Shown here piece after piece: positions 1-12,688 of a stretch of DNA of 64,000 nucleotides. A model generated the notes under the pieces. It did no database searches. It was not told where the DNA came from and saw only the letters and a list, made by a program, of their open reading frames with translations. Positions within the stretch are counted from its first letter, which is position 1. Each line of letters starts with the position of its first letter. The position numbers were made by a program, and so were the translations under genes. The stretch comes from Octopus bimaculoides. Taxonomy: Eukaryota. The stretch lies in the NCBI RefSeq assembly GCF_001194135.2, contig NC_069006.1:15658092-15722091 (forward strand), given 5' to 3'.

Positions 1-70
1 AAAGGCGATGAGCTGGCAGAAACGTTAGCACACCGGGCGAAATGCTTAGCGGTATTTCGTCTGTCTTTAC
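1..70 (+). mobile_element. SINE-A (tRNA-derived) 5' fragment
   Basis: aaggcgatgagctggcagaaacgttagcacaccgggcgaaatgcttagcggtatttcgtctgtctttacg matches the heads of the fuller copies at 21298 and 46912-47145. Confidence 0.85.
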
Positions 71-857
71 GTCTTACGTCTTTGCTATCGTCGTCGTTAA
101 GATCCGGCAAACTCCTAATCGAGCCAAACTATAATCAAATATAATAAAGCCGTGACCGACCCATCTTCTTCCTGCGAACAGGGTATACACAAACATATCC
201 TCAATGCGTCCCTTTCCAAAACGGTCCCGTGTAATGTAACGGAGAATTGCCGCTTTTAGCTAATCGTATCCCTTGTTGCTGTTTAATCAACTCGTGCTCC
301 CAGAAGTCATGCTAATGGTTAATTTTGCTGTTATCGCTATGGCTACATCAGAAAGGGAACAGACTGGTAATGCATGATTGGCAGAAAAAAGAAACTCATG
401 TTTAATTTGGTAATCTGTTCAAATACTTATAAAAGAGTGTACTAAGATAAAAGACACCCTAGATGCGAGATGTTTAAAATAGGTAACGAGTTCTTGTCAC
501 CTAGGAACATCCACAATCCACCTTCGTCTCTCCTGGAGGATTTTTCTCTATCGAATTTCATTCATTAAACTTCCGATGACCCTAAAACTATAACAAAAGA
601 ATTTTTACCCTCAACAATATGGACTGCTTTACTATTTAGTCGAAGAGAAAAGGGCAAACAGCGCTCATTACCATTTATTTTCCCAGTGTTTCCAAGATTG
701 CTGGTAGAAACGAAGAAGTTATCCCCAAGCCAAACATCAGGCCCGACCTGACCTGAGGCTCTAAGCTGTGGCACAGACTAATTCGAATCCAAAACCACGT
801 GAATTCGAAACGAAAGCAAATATCATAACTACAGAACCATCTTTGATCTTATCTTGA

Positions 858-1313
858 ACTTGTTTCAGTCATTAGATCGCGGCCATGCTGGGGCACCGCC
901 TTGGAGAATTTTTAGTCGAATGAATCGACCCAAGTACTTCTTTTTTCTAACACCGGTTGTCAAGTGGTGGGGTTTGGACACACACACACACACACACACA
1001 CANNNNNNNNNNNNNNNNNNNNNNNNNNNNNNNNNNNNNNNNNNNNNNNNNNNNNNNNNNNNNNNNNNNNNNNNNNNNNNNNNNNNNNNNNNNNNNNNNN
1101 NNNNNNNNNNNNNNNNNNNNNNNNNNNNNNNNNNNNNNNNNNNNNNNNNNNNNNNNNNNNNNNNNNNNNNNNNNNNNNNNNNNNNNNNNNNNNNNNNNNN
1201 NNNNNNNNNNNNNNNNNNNNNNNNNNNNNNNNNNNNNNNNNNNNNNNNNNNNNNNNNNNNNNNNNNNNNNNNNNNNNNNNNNNNNNNNNNNNNNNNNNNN
1301 NNNNNNNNNNNNN

Positions 1314-1349
<36 letters not shown>

Positions 1350-1518
1350 GACAGGCTTCTTTCAGTTTCCGTCAATCAAATCCACTCAAGTCTTTGGTCG
1401 ACCTGAGGCTATGATATATGACACTTGCTCAAGGTGCCACGCATTAGGACTGATATTACTGAACCGGGGACCATATTGTTGTAAAGCAAGCTCCTTACAA
1501 CACAGCTATGCCTGCGCC
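858..1518 (-). mobile_element. SINE-B (tRNA-derived, internal (TA)n/(TG)n tract), spans an assembly gap
   Basis: Minus-strand head ggcgcaggcatagctgtgt...ggttcagt, body gacggaaactgaaagaagcc, and 3' end gcatggccgcg...gactgaaacaagt. Same architecture as the copies at 36421, 52267 and 55108. Confidence 0.85.
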
Positions 1519-1929
1519 ATATTAATGTTAAGTAGTGAATATGGCAGGGCTAGCGTCAGTGGTAGTGTTAACATCTGTGGTTGAGGAGATGGTTTTGATG
1601 ATAGAAATACTCGTGGCGTTACTGGTGCTACAGTTAATGGCGATACCCCTGCTGGTTAGTAGAAGATAATATTAGAGTTATTAGTAAGTTTGATAATGAT
1701 AGCGGTGGTGTCGGTGATGGGACGGCGGGGATTCAGTCCCTGTGGTAAATGGTTAGCGTTAGCCATGATAGCAATAAAATAGTTCGGTCAGAAGACATAA
1801 CACAAATGGCGCCAGGCAGAAAGAAAATATAATAACAAAAACAGAAAACAATGCATGTGCTTGTGTTTGCGTCTGCCTGTATGTATGTATATCAAATAAT
1901 TATAATATACAGAAACACTAGCTAACTGT

Positions 1930-2260
1930 AACACGCACACACACACGTACATATATACTCTCTCTCTCTCTCACACACACACACATATATATATACTCTC
2001 TCACACACTTACACACATATATATATACTCTCACACACTCACACACACACACACACACAAATATATATATACATTCTCTCACACACACATATATACACAC
2101 TATATACACATACTCACACAAACTCCCACACACATATATATACGCACACATACATACACAGGCACACATATGCGCACACACACTCATATACCCGCACATA
2201 TATATATATATATAAACACACACATATATACACACACTTGTGTGGGGGGTTGTGTGCAAT
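1930..2260. repeat. Compound (CA)n/(TA)n/(CT)n microsatellite
   Basis: Direct reading; accounts for the spurious YI/VC-rich ORFs. Confidence 0.95.
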
Positions 2261-2319
2261 AAGAAAAATAAATATCGAGTTATATGATTTGTGACTTAGT
2301 GGAGTCAAATATACACTCT

Positions 2320-2800
2320 GGCCATGGGAGCTGTTGTTGCTGTTCTTGTTATTCTAGTTGTAGTCTGTGGTTGGTATTTTGCTGTTGATACCCTTCCCAA
2401 CGATATTGATGATGATAATGATGGCAAAGACAGCAATGGTGTTGGCAATGATGATGATGATGGCAAAGATGGTGATGGTGTTGGTGATAATGAAATATGC
2501 TCTTGTGCCTTTTGCTGTTTCTTTTTTGCCAAATTCTGTTTAAATTTTTTTCTTATCACTTTCGCTTTCATGTTGTTTTGTCATTTTTACTCTTGGCTTC
2601 CGTTATCGCCACTAGCGTTTGTTGCTCTCAATCTCTGTCTTCTACTTATTCTTATTCTTTCTGCATTGCATACTACTACACCTACTACTGCTGTTACTAC
2701 TACTACCACCACTACCACCACCACCACCACCACAGCTGTCACTGCTATATCTGATTATTATTATTATTATAACGATGTTAATGCTGCATTTTGTTGAAGT
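2320..2800. repeat. Degenerate trinucleotide low-complexity tract (GAT/GTT/ACT/ACC/TAT)
   Basis: Direct reading; the ORFs here are homopolymeric D/T/H/Y runs. Confidence 0.85.
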
Positions 2801-3559
2801 AGTTCTATGATTAAAGCGTTCCAAATATGACCATCCTCTCCTTTCAGGACTATCTGGGAATACATCGCCTAATGTATTCTTTTTTATAAGATGGCAGGAT
2901 GTTATTCGAGGGAGAGTTAGCTGCTGTTTTTCCCCATGTCAAACAAGTACAGAAAACTTGCTTTGTTGGTTGGTACGTCTGTAGAGTTTCACACAAACAG
3001 CAGCCAAATCCAGGAAGGTCGAATTGCTCAGTATTACTGTACCTTTATGTTTATTCTCGACGGTAGACATAGCAATGCAGTGTTTAACTGGGGCGAATCC
3101 ATTGATATTACCACTTAGACATATCTTTGTGTCCAAGTTGAGTGGAGGAACGTAGTAGTAGTAGTAGTAGTAGTAGTACTAGTAGTACTAGTAGTAGTAG
3201 TAGATCTGGGGTATTGTATATTGTTGTTGCAGTTCTTGACGTTTAGCTCATCGCTGAGCAGACATGATATTCAACCGGTAACTATCCAATCTTTAAAAAG
3301 GTTTTTAGGTAGAAATCATTTTATCTTTTATTATATATAATTTAATTCACAATTTCGAGGGCGATTTGGCTCTTATTTCCAGCAAATTGAGTGATCACTT
3401 AGAAACTATGTCGTTGAGCCAACATTGTGTACACTGAACTAAATTGTGTAATGTGTTCTTCATATTTTTATATGAGCATATAGCTGGTTTAAGAGGTTTG
3501 GTTGCTATTTCTAGATGCGCAAGTAAAGTACATAGAAGCTCATTCGTTTGTTGATATTG

Positions 3560-3842
3560 ATTGTTTAGTCTTAGATCAATCATTCTTGGATTGGTGACTT
3601 AACACGTCACCTGGTTTTACACCACCATCTGGTTTGGCGGATAACTTTAGAGAGGGGTTCTATGGACTGCAAGCAGGAGACAAACCCCCGCTTTGACATT
3701 CATCGTTTCATTCCACGATTCTCGAAGTTCCTGAATAATATAGAATCAAAGTGTTCCAAGTGTGACCTTCATAACATTTATCCAACTTTAGTGGATCACG
3801 ATCCACATGTCACCCTTCGCCTTCGGCCATAGCTGCTTAAGT
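3560..3842 (-). mobile_element. Highly decayed non-LTR reverse-transcriptase remnant, probably R4/Dong-like
   Basis: Minus-strand pieces in the expected order, with frameshifts: KAKGDM..H*SWI (cf. KAYD.VPHSWI), GGLSP..IEPLSKVIRQ (cf. QGDSLSP..PLS) and MIDLRL (cf. YMDDLKL). Interrupted at 3843 by a SINE-C. Confidence 0.4.
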
Positions 3843-3855
3843 ATTTCTGTACATC

Positions 3856-4243
3856 GTGGAGGCGCAATCGCCCAGTGGTTAGGGCAGCGGATTCGCGGTC
3901 ATAGGACCGCGGTTTCGATTCCCAGACCGGGCGTTGTGAGTGTTTATTGAGCGAAAACACCTAAAGTTCCACGAGGCTCCGACAGGAGATGGTGGCGAAC
4001 CCTGCTGTACTCTTCCACCACAACTTTCTCTCACTCTTACTTCCTGTTTCTGTTGTGCCTGTAATTCAAAGGGTCAGCCTTGTCACACTGTGTCATGCTG
4101 AATATCCCCGAGAACTACGTTAACGGTACACGTGTCTGTGGAGTGCTCAGCCACTTGCACGTTAATTTCACGAGCAGGCTGTTCCGTTGATCGGATCAAC
4201 TGGAAACCTCGACATCGTAAGCGACGGAGTGCCAACAACAAAC
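3856..4243 (+). mobile_element. SINE-C, full length, with 13-bp target-site duplication
   Basis: tRNA-like head gtggaggcgcaatcgcccagtggttagg...ggtttcgattccc and (AAC) tail. TSD atttctgtacatc (3843-3855) / atttctgcacatc (4244-4256). Near-identical to the copies at 19293 and 34250. Confidence 0.92.
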
Positions 4244-4722
4244 ATTTCTGCACATCAGAAGTTCTCCTGCATGATGTAGGTCCAAGCAAAATTGTTCTCC
4301 CTTTTGTGGTGGGGTGTAGAAGACCATCAATCATGAATAGAAGTCTCCCCTCATAATTCCACCGATGTTATCCAATGAAAGACAAAATAATTCAGATTGA
4401 TAGTGTCGTCGTAGTCGTCAGGACGCATGGCATATCTAACAAGTGACAGCACCACCTTAAGTCTCACCAGAAGTCATTTCACAGATATTTCTAGAGTCAA
4501 TAGAAGACAAACATCTGGTGTACTGAGGTGGGCGGTGTTAGTTTCACCGGCCATTGCCTTCTTTTCGGCAAAGAGTGGATTTCAGAGTGATGACGGGTAA
4601 GTTGCTGATATTGTAGTAGTAGTAGTTATTATTATTGCTATTCTTGTTAATGCTGTTTCTGTTGGTAGTGATGGTAGTAGTGGTGGTAGATGGTACCGAG
4701 TATGATGGAAGTGAAGTGAACT

Positions 4723-5080
4723 TTCTTCTTCCTTCTTAGACCCCTGGCTGGCGACTATCTTCTCAACCAATACACTGCTGTGGGTGCCGCTGGATGACGG
4801 ACTCTGGTGATGATGTCATTCCATGCTTTCTGATCAATGGTACCAGGCCTAGTATGACCGAGGTCAAGGCATTGCAACTTCAGGTCTTCAATTTGTTTCG
4901 CTCATGTCTGCCTTGGTGCACTGTGCTGGATCCTCCAGTGCACGGGGTCACTGCCGCAACAAACGTTGGTGTGGTAGTCTTCCGGTGCTCATCCTGCGGA
5001 CGGGACCAAACCACTGTATGTAACCTTGGTCGCCAATGGTCAACTCTCGCTGGCAGTGTTCTCGGATGTCGTTAGGAGAG
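4723..5080 (-). mobile_element. RTE-like LINE 3' end remnant
   Basis: Minus-strand QWFGPVRRMSTGRLPHQRLL (cf. RLRWFGHV.RM...RLP), then DQKAWNDII, ending in an (AAG)-like tail. Confidence 0.7.
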
Positions 5081-5495
5081 CAAAAATATGTGTAACACAA
5101 ACGGTGGAGATTAAATTGAAGAAAGCGATGATAATGATGACGACAGTGGAGAAGATGAGGAGGAGGAGGATGAAGTTGATGATGGTTACGTTTATATGTC
5201 GACGATGCAAAAGAAAACACCGTTTGCGATGAGGATGATGGTGTTGACGACGATGATGAGGATCAGGAGTGTGATAATGAAAACAAACATACAAATAATA
5301 ACATCAACAGTAGGGCGAAGAAGAAACACAAGAACAACAACAAACAAACAATAATAACAGCAATAACAAGAATCGGAGATTGGTTAGATTTATGAGGAAC
5401 GTTGTAATTATTTCCGACTTTTAAAAGCAATAGCTCATAAATAATCCACGGCAGCCATGTTCAAAATTAATGATTTCCTCATATATATATATATA

Positions 5496-5542
<47 letters not shown>

Positions 5543-5968
5543 GTTCATTTTCCCTTTCAGTCGTATAGACACAGGATTTAATCCCTTGTCACTTCAATAT
5601 AGTACACTTCCATAACAACCATCTATCTATGAAACCATGCTTGTCTCTTTCCCTCTCTAGATATACATATACATTTATAGGTGTTAGTTATAGTATGTGT
5701 ATATGCATTAGTTTACTGGTTTTAATCATTGAGATATGGCCATGTTGGGGCACCACTTAGTCGGTAGCCATTTCATACATCTCTGCTACATGGTTCATTT
5801 CATAAGATATATTACTATCGTCTCCATCTATCGAGCCGGTTCAATCAATGGCTTTTATTTTGCTATTCTGGGGGATAAGAAATGATGGAAAGCAAATTAA
5901 ACCAGAAAATATACTATTCGAAACAGCCTTTAATTGAACAGGAATAAGATAAGTAGTTGATAATTCTT

Positions 5969-6008
<40 letters not shown>

Positions 6009-6932
6009 NNNNNNNNNNNNNNNNNNNNNNNNNNNNNNNNNNNNNNNNNNNNNNNNNNNNNNNNNNNNNNNNNNNNNNNNNNNNNNNNNNNNNNNNNNNN
6101 NNNNNNNNNNNNNNNNNNNNNNNNNNNNNNNNNNNNNNNNNNNNNNNNNNNNNNNNNNNNNNNNNNNNNNNNNNNNNNNNNNNNNNNNNNNNNNNNNNNN
6201 NNNNNNNNNNNNNNNNNNNNNNNNNNNNNNNNNNNNNNNNNNNNNNNNNNNNNNNNNNNNNNNNNNNNNNNNNNNNNNNNNNNNNNNNNNNNNNNNNNNN
6301 NNNNNNNNNNNNNNNNNNNNNNNNNNNNNNNNNNNNNNNNNNNNNNNNNNNNNNNNNNNNNNNNNNNNNNNNNNNNNNNNNNNNNNNNNNNNNNNNNNNN
6401 NNNNNNNNNNNNNNNNNNNNNNNNNNNNNNNNNNNNNNNNNNNNNNNNNNNNNNNNNNNNNNNNNNNNNNNNNNNNNNNNNNNNNNNNNNNNNNNNNNNN
6501 NNNNNNNNNNNNNNNNNNNNNNNNNNNNNNNNNNNNNNNNNNNNNNNNNNNNNNNNNNNNNNNNNNNNNNNNNNNNNNNNNNNNNNNNNNNNNNNNNNNN
6601 NNNNNNNNNNNNNNNNNNNNNNNNNNNNNNNNNNNNNNNNNNNNNNNNNNNNNNNNNNNNNNNNNNNNNNNNNNNNNNNNNNNNNNNNNNNNNNNNNNNN
6701 NNNNNNNNNNNNNNNNNNNNNNNNNNNNNNNNNNNNNNNNNNNNNNNNNNNNNNNNNNNNNNNNNNNNNNNNNNNNNNNNNNNNNNNNNNNNNNNNNNNN
6801 NNNNNNNNNNNNNNNNNNNNNNNNNNNNNNNNNNNNNNNNNNNNNNNNNNNNNNNNNNNNNNNNNNNNNNNNNNNNNNNNNNNNNNNNNNNNNNNNNNNN
6901 NNNNNNNNNNNNNNNNNNNNNNNNNNNNNNNN

Positions 6933-6976
<44 letters not shown>

Positions 6977-7416
6977 GGTAGATAGATAGATATAATTATT
7001 ATTCATAGGCAGAAGTTTCATGCATTGACGCTTATCTCAAATTAAATATATATTCTGCATTAACACACATGTACGCACACCATTCTCCTTACGCCCGTTT
7101 CCAAACGAAGGTGCACCCTTATACTGGCTTCCACACACCGACCCTTCCTCCCCTTTTACAAGTCTCTTTGCTTCTAATCTATAGCCTTTTATTCTTTCAC
7201 TGCCCATTTATGTTTCTTTCAAGCAGCCTAGAACTAAGTATTGCAATTAACACGTGAAAGCATGTTGTGAGTAGACACACAATAAGATCACTTCAAATAT
7301 TTTTCGAACATATTTGAATGGCAAAAAAAGAAAAAAAAACGTTTTCACTGCGGTTTGTTGTTGAGAAAAATTCTCGCTTTGAGCAATAAGTATTAAAAAC
7401 ACAAACAGTCATTTCA

Positions 7417-7434
7417 TAGCGCCATCTAGCGGAA
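7417..7434 (-). promoter_or_regulatory. Candidate CTCF-binding motif
   Basis: Minus strand TTCCGCTAGATGGCGCTA fits CCRSYAGRKGGCRS plus the trailing CTA, in otherwise unique sequence. Motif match only. Confidence 0.35.
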
Positions 7435-7853
7435 CGTTTAACGCATTTGTAGCTATTTTGCTAACACCAGCATTGTGAACCGCAAGAGAGACAATCCTGA
7501 AATGACTGCGAAAGCCTTCGATTTCTCATGGGAAATCAATGTCAAAATATGAACTGATTACATGGGATGCCGGCCAGGCTGGAACTAAATATTGTAGTAG
7601 GCACATAAAAGCAGTATTTTGAGCAAACAAACATTTAGGTCAGCCAAATATGTTCGAGATCAGTTCACCGCAGTTTGCCCTGGAGAAAAATTTTCGCTTT
7701 AGGCAGTTGAGTTCATACCACCTTTTCCTTTTGTTTTTGGTTATTACTAACGCTGTCGAGAATGACATTATTTCATTGTTTTATTTATTTATTTATTTCC
7801 AATTTCCAAATGATTGCCACCATTTGGAAAATAGAAAAGAAACATCGATGTGT

Positions 7854-7891
<38 letters not shown>

Positions 7892-8686
7892 TGGTACGTG
7901 TACATTTGGTAACTTAAAAGCATAGGTTACACGCATACGAATACATACATGCGTGTGCGTTTGACGGTTTGTGTGTGTGTATATATATNNNNNNNNNNNN
8001 NNNNNNNNNNNNNNNNNNNNNNNNNNNNNNNNNNNNNNNNNNNNNNNNNNNNNNNNNNNNNNNNNNNNNNNNNNNNNNNNNNNNNNNNNNNNNNNNNNNN
8101 NNNNNTATATATATATATATATGTGAGACTTAAAGTACAGTTTTTAAACCTATCGCTATGGATCATTAAGCAAGAGGAATGCATTTTTGTTGTTCTCTTC
8201 GTGCGCAGAAAAATAAACAAGATGGCGTTAACATGTTTCACGGTTCGTTGACCAAACCCTCATCATCAGCGGACAAATACACCGTGATTTTTCAGTCTAT
8301 GAAGTTAACTTATGACAAATCGCTATTTATATCAAACAGAAACTAAGAGCTTACTTTAATGACTGGGCTAATTTCCATACCGTGCATGCGTGTATGTGTG
8401 TGCGTATGCATGTGTGCGTGTACAGCGCCACTAGCTATCTCTTATAAGCGTTCTGTGCGACTCCATGACAATTTCAGTAATTCGCTACTAGGCACGACTG
8501 TGTGGTTAAAAAGCTCACTTTACAACCACGTGTCTTCGGTTTCAGTGCCAATGCGTGACACATTGGGCAAGTACCTTCTATAATTGCCATAGTCTAACCA
8601 ATGCCTTGTGAATGGTCTTGATAGAAGGAAACTTTGTAGGTCTTGTTTGTGTGTGTGTGTTCCTTCGACGGCTTAGGAACCAGTGT

Positions 8687-8860
8687 TGGTCTGTTTCATT
8701 ACACAAGCACAGATAGACAGACAGACAGATACTGAATGCTGTATATCCCTACCTCGTGTTAAATATGAACTATCTGTTAATCCTTATTATTTCGTTTTGT
8801 ACATCGTATTAACGTGCACGTGATCTCAAACAAATGTGTGTATATATATGTGTGTGTGTT

Positions 8861-8891
<31 letters not shown>

Positions 8892-8940
8892 GTATGTATG
8901 CATGTATGTATTTATGCATGCACACATGTCGGTCTCCTGC
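8687..8940 (+). repeat. Copy 1 of a ~255-bp local duplication (copy 2 at 12431-12688)
   Basis: Shared unique core gatactg(a/g)atgctg...gtgcacgtgatctcaaacaaatgtgtg plus the same ordered microsatellites. About 7 differences in the ~118-bp core. Confidence 0.9.
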
Positions 8941-9226
8941 AGAGCTTTGGTGTAGCAAAATTCCACTCACAATTCGTTGGTGAAACAAAGGCTGTAGCAG
9001 GAGACACTTGCCCAACATGCCACCATAATAGGATCGATCCAAAATCCTCGTGGTTACCAAACTAATTTCTAATGACATAGCTATGCCTATACATAAACAT
9101 ACACACACAAACATACTATACACAGGCATAAGTATATATACATATATGAGTATGTATATATGCGCGTATGCTTTAACACACATATATAGGCATATATACA
9201 TCCATAATATACACATACATATTATA

Positions 9227-9261
<35 letters not shown>

Positions 9262-10332
9262 AAGAAAGAAAGAGATAGAGAGAGCTAGACAGAAGTACGA
9301 TAGCTAGAAATTAAAGGTCAGGGCGTTCTTCACTGCCGTATACATTTATTTATTACACTGACATCCATTACAATATTTCCTTTTAACAGAACACACTTTC
9401 GACATTTTCGCTTGTGTTATTTTCTTTTATTTACTGGTAAATTTGCTTTTTTTTTTTGTATATCATTCTCACATTTATATTTACGCTTATTTACATATTT
9501 ATTCTTACAGTTATTCATTTATTTGGTTATTTATTACCGTATCATAACTAAAGCTATTCTCTCTTTTTTGAGATTCTGCATTCTCTTGGGCGCCTCTACA
9601 TTGTGGTGGGGTTTTTTTTTATGCGTTCTTTTATTACGTTCTGTGTATATATATATTTTCTTTTTTTATGAATTTGTTTGGAGTATGTAGTGATTATTTA
9701 GCTGATTCGATCCATTCTCTTCTTCTGACCTCGGAAATGTCAGATGTATCGATATTTACGGCGGGAACAAGCCTCCTCACCCTGGATGAATAGGTGTCTG
9801 TGTGGGTGGGTTTCCGGTGATTGTTGGTGCTTTAATGATAAGTAAGATGTATCTGATGTCTACACACAACAAACACATACACATAAGCACAAAATGACAG
9901 AGCCACAAACACATAGATACACCTGCATTAGTACACTCACACACACATATACACGCATTTTTACAAATGACACTCGCGCACTATCACATGAAACACCTAC
10001 GTTGATACACACGAAAGCATACACAACAACTGTAGCGTTATTTACTAATTTTCTTCTTGTCTTTGTTTTTTGTTGTTCTCGCTGCTGCTGCTGTTGTTGT
10101 TGGTATGTTATTTATATTATTATGATATACTTTGAAGGGATAAATACACTCTGTAGAGGCAATACTTTCAAAGGAATGGTGCGGAGGGGACATGGAGAGA
10201 CTTTTCACAGAGTATGATATATTTTATTGATGAGCATGAAGGATGACACACACCGGTACGCCGCACCCACACCCACCAGCTACTCTTTACATCCACATAC
10301 ACACCCCACTGGCATTCTCTTACATATACACC

Positions 10333-10406
10333 CACCGCTTCTCACTTTTTGCTCGTATACACATACACTCACCGCTTGTCACTTTTTGCTCGTATACACA
10401 TACACA
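10333..10406 (+). repeat. 37-bp tandem duplication
   Basis: caccgctt(c/g)tcactttttgctcgtatacacatacac occurs twice. Confidence 0.85.
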
Positions 10407-10761
10407 GCACGCGAAACACACTCACTGGAATTTTCAAACATCTATTCTACACTTGGGCACTCCCTATTGTGTTTAACATCTCTCAAACCCGCCTTTTGAC
10501 CCCCTCTTCCGCCTGTCACTTCTGCTTGTCCGCTACTCAATTCTATCTCACCCTACCCCCGTCACACAGTACTTCTGTTGGTCGTCCACCCTTATTGTAT
10601 AATCAGCTCTCAAAAACACTGTTCTGTCCACCGTTTTCAAAACCACTTGTCTTACTTCTAGGGTTTCATGGAGTTCAGGTCAGATTATACCAGTTTGGCA
10701 CCATCCTCCAGACACGATCAAATTTTCCAGACTTCGAACACAGTTGCATATGTATATATGA

Positions 10762-10905
10762 GTGGAGGCGCGTGGCTTAGTGGTTAGGGTGTCAGCATCA
10801 TGATCGTAAGATTGTGGTTTCGATTCCAGGACCGGGCGATGCGTTATGTTCTTGAACAAAACACTTCATTTCACGTTGCTCCAGTCCACTCAGCGGACAA
10901 AAAGA
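10762..10905 (+). mobile_element. SINE-D (tRNA-derived) 5' part
   Basis: gtggaggcgcgtggcttagtggttagg (A box)...ggtttcgattcc (B box)...gcgttatgttcttgaacaaaacacttcatttcac. A degenerate sister copy lies at 60380. Confidence 0.75.
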
Positions 10906-11165
10906 TTTATGGGAGGAAGATATCCCCAAGGAGAAGACACTTGCCCAAGGTGCCATGCAGTGGGACTGAACCCGGAACCATGTGGTTAGGATGCAAGCTT
11001 CTTACCACACAGCCATGCCTGCGTACATTCTTTTTTTTTTTTCGAAAGGATGAAAGATAATGTTGGCTTCAGTGATATTTGAACTTGAGCATAGAGATTG
11101 TGAGAGCCTCGAAGCATTTTATCCGAGGCTCTAACGATTCTATCAATTCGACGCCCATAAACTAC

Positions 11166-11310
11166 GTCTAATGTTCGTAATGAAACAAACATTGCTATAT
11201 CCAGTGTCAGAGCCAACAAACATTAGGATATCCAGTGTCCGAGCCAACAAACTTCACAATATCCAGTATCCAGTTAAACAAATATTATGATATCTAGTAT
11301 CTCAGCTGAC
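11166..11310 (+). repeat. 31-bp minisatellite, ~4.5 diverging units
   Basis: atatc(c/t)agt recurs at 11197, 11228, 11259 and 11290 (exact 31-bp period). Confidence 0.85.
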
Positions 11311-11676
11311 ACTCTTCTGTTTGTTATAATCATTTAATTTAAAACATCGATGCAATTAAGTCTATCGTCACAAATTCATTAACATCTCTTTCCGACCGTC
11401 TATCTGTATTTCTCACCCTCCTCTCTCACACACATACGCACACACTCTTGCTCACACACTATTTCTCTATCTACATCTATTCACAGTCAAAGCAGGTTAC
11501 TGCGAATGTTTTGGACAGAGCCGTTTAGAAATCAATAGCCGGCCGATAACATTAAGCAGAGAATATAATACTCTCAATGCGTTTCAACCCTACAAAGTCT
11601 GATAACAGTTTGGTAGCATTATCCGTGATTATAATATGCGACTTCCACTGTATAGGTTTCCGTATGAGTGTGTGTG

Positions 11677-11715
<39 letters not shown>

Positions 11716-12430
11716 TCGTTTTGTGTCACTTGTATAGATGCACTTCTCTCTTTTCTCCAGCCACCAATAGGTTCCTTTATCTCACAGTATTACTTCGTAT
11801 GTCTACCATGTATGCATCTCTCATTATCTTTCCTAATCTTTGCATCCCACATGCCATCACGTTTTGTCTATTTCTAATTCGATTCCTGATTCAGCACTCC
11901 CTCCCCCTCTCTCTCTCTCTAATATGCATACATAATTACATACTCACACACATATGTATACACATACTTTCGAAAGTAATGCAAACGTGGGCATTTTTAT
12001 TTTAACAGTTGCCATCGGTCGTAAAAATTTTAAAATTGAACATGTTGGAAGAGTAACTCTTGGTCTTCAGCTCGATAGTAACTCTCCTTCCAATTCTTTA
12101 CTGCAGCCAAATAAGGAGCTGCAAGCAGAAGTAAAGTACCGTCGTTGAGTCCTTGAAGAAAGAGTTGAAGGATATCTATTATCTACACACGATGTTAGTT
12201 TACAGGAGGATATCGACAATGTGCACAGAAGAGGAGACCAGCATTGAAAACAAACAAATACATTGGGACCACTGATGCAAATCGCTAGCGACAGGAAGAA
12301 CCGATACCCACAGGATAGATGAACCACAATCCATAAGTTTACTGCAAGACTGGACCGTGATTCCAATGCAGTACAGAAGATGGTGGAAGGTTTTAAATAT
12401 AGAAAAATGTGTGCAAATTGGCTGCACCGG

Positions 12431-12454
12431 TGGTCTGTTTTATTACACAAGCGC

Positions 12455-12489
<35 letters not shown>

Positions 12490-12600
12490 TACTGGATGCT
12501 GCATATCCCCAACTCGTATTAAATATGAACTATCTGTTAATCCTTATTACTTCATTTTGTACATCGTATTAACGTGCACGTGATCTCAAACAAATGTGTG

Positions 12601-12649
<49 letters not shown>

Positions 12650-12688
12650 ATGTATGCATGCAAGCATGCACACATGTGGGTCTCCTGC
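12431..12688 (+). repeat. Copy 2 of the 8687-8940 duplication
   Basis: See copy 1. Its right end abuts the mariner remnant. Confidence 0.9.

Noticed and set aside
2324-2797. 157-aa ORF resembling a signal peptide with acidic and Thr-rich regions
   Set aside because: Composed of degenerate trinucleotide repeats that are open in several frames on both strands; no domain or splice support.
12100-12420. Protein-like stretch (EDIDNVHRRG...TIHKFT) resembling LINE ORF1 or an RTE tail
   Set aside because: Two incompatible weak interpretations and in-frame stops; cannot be assigned without a profile search.
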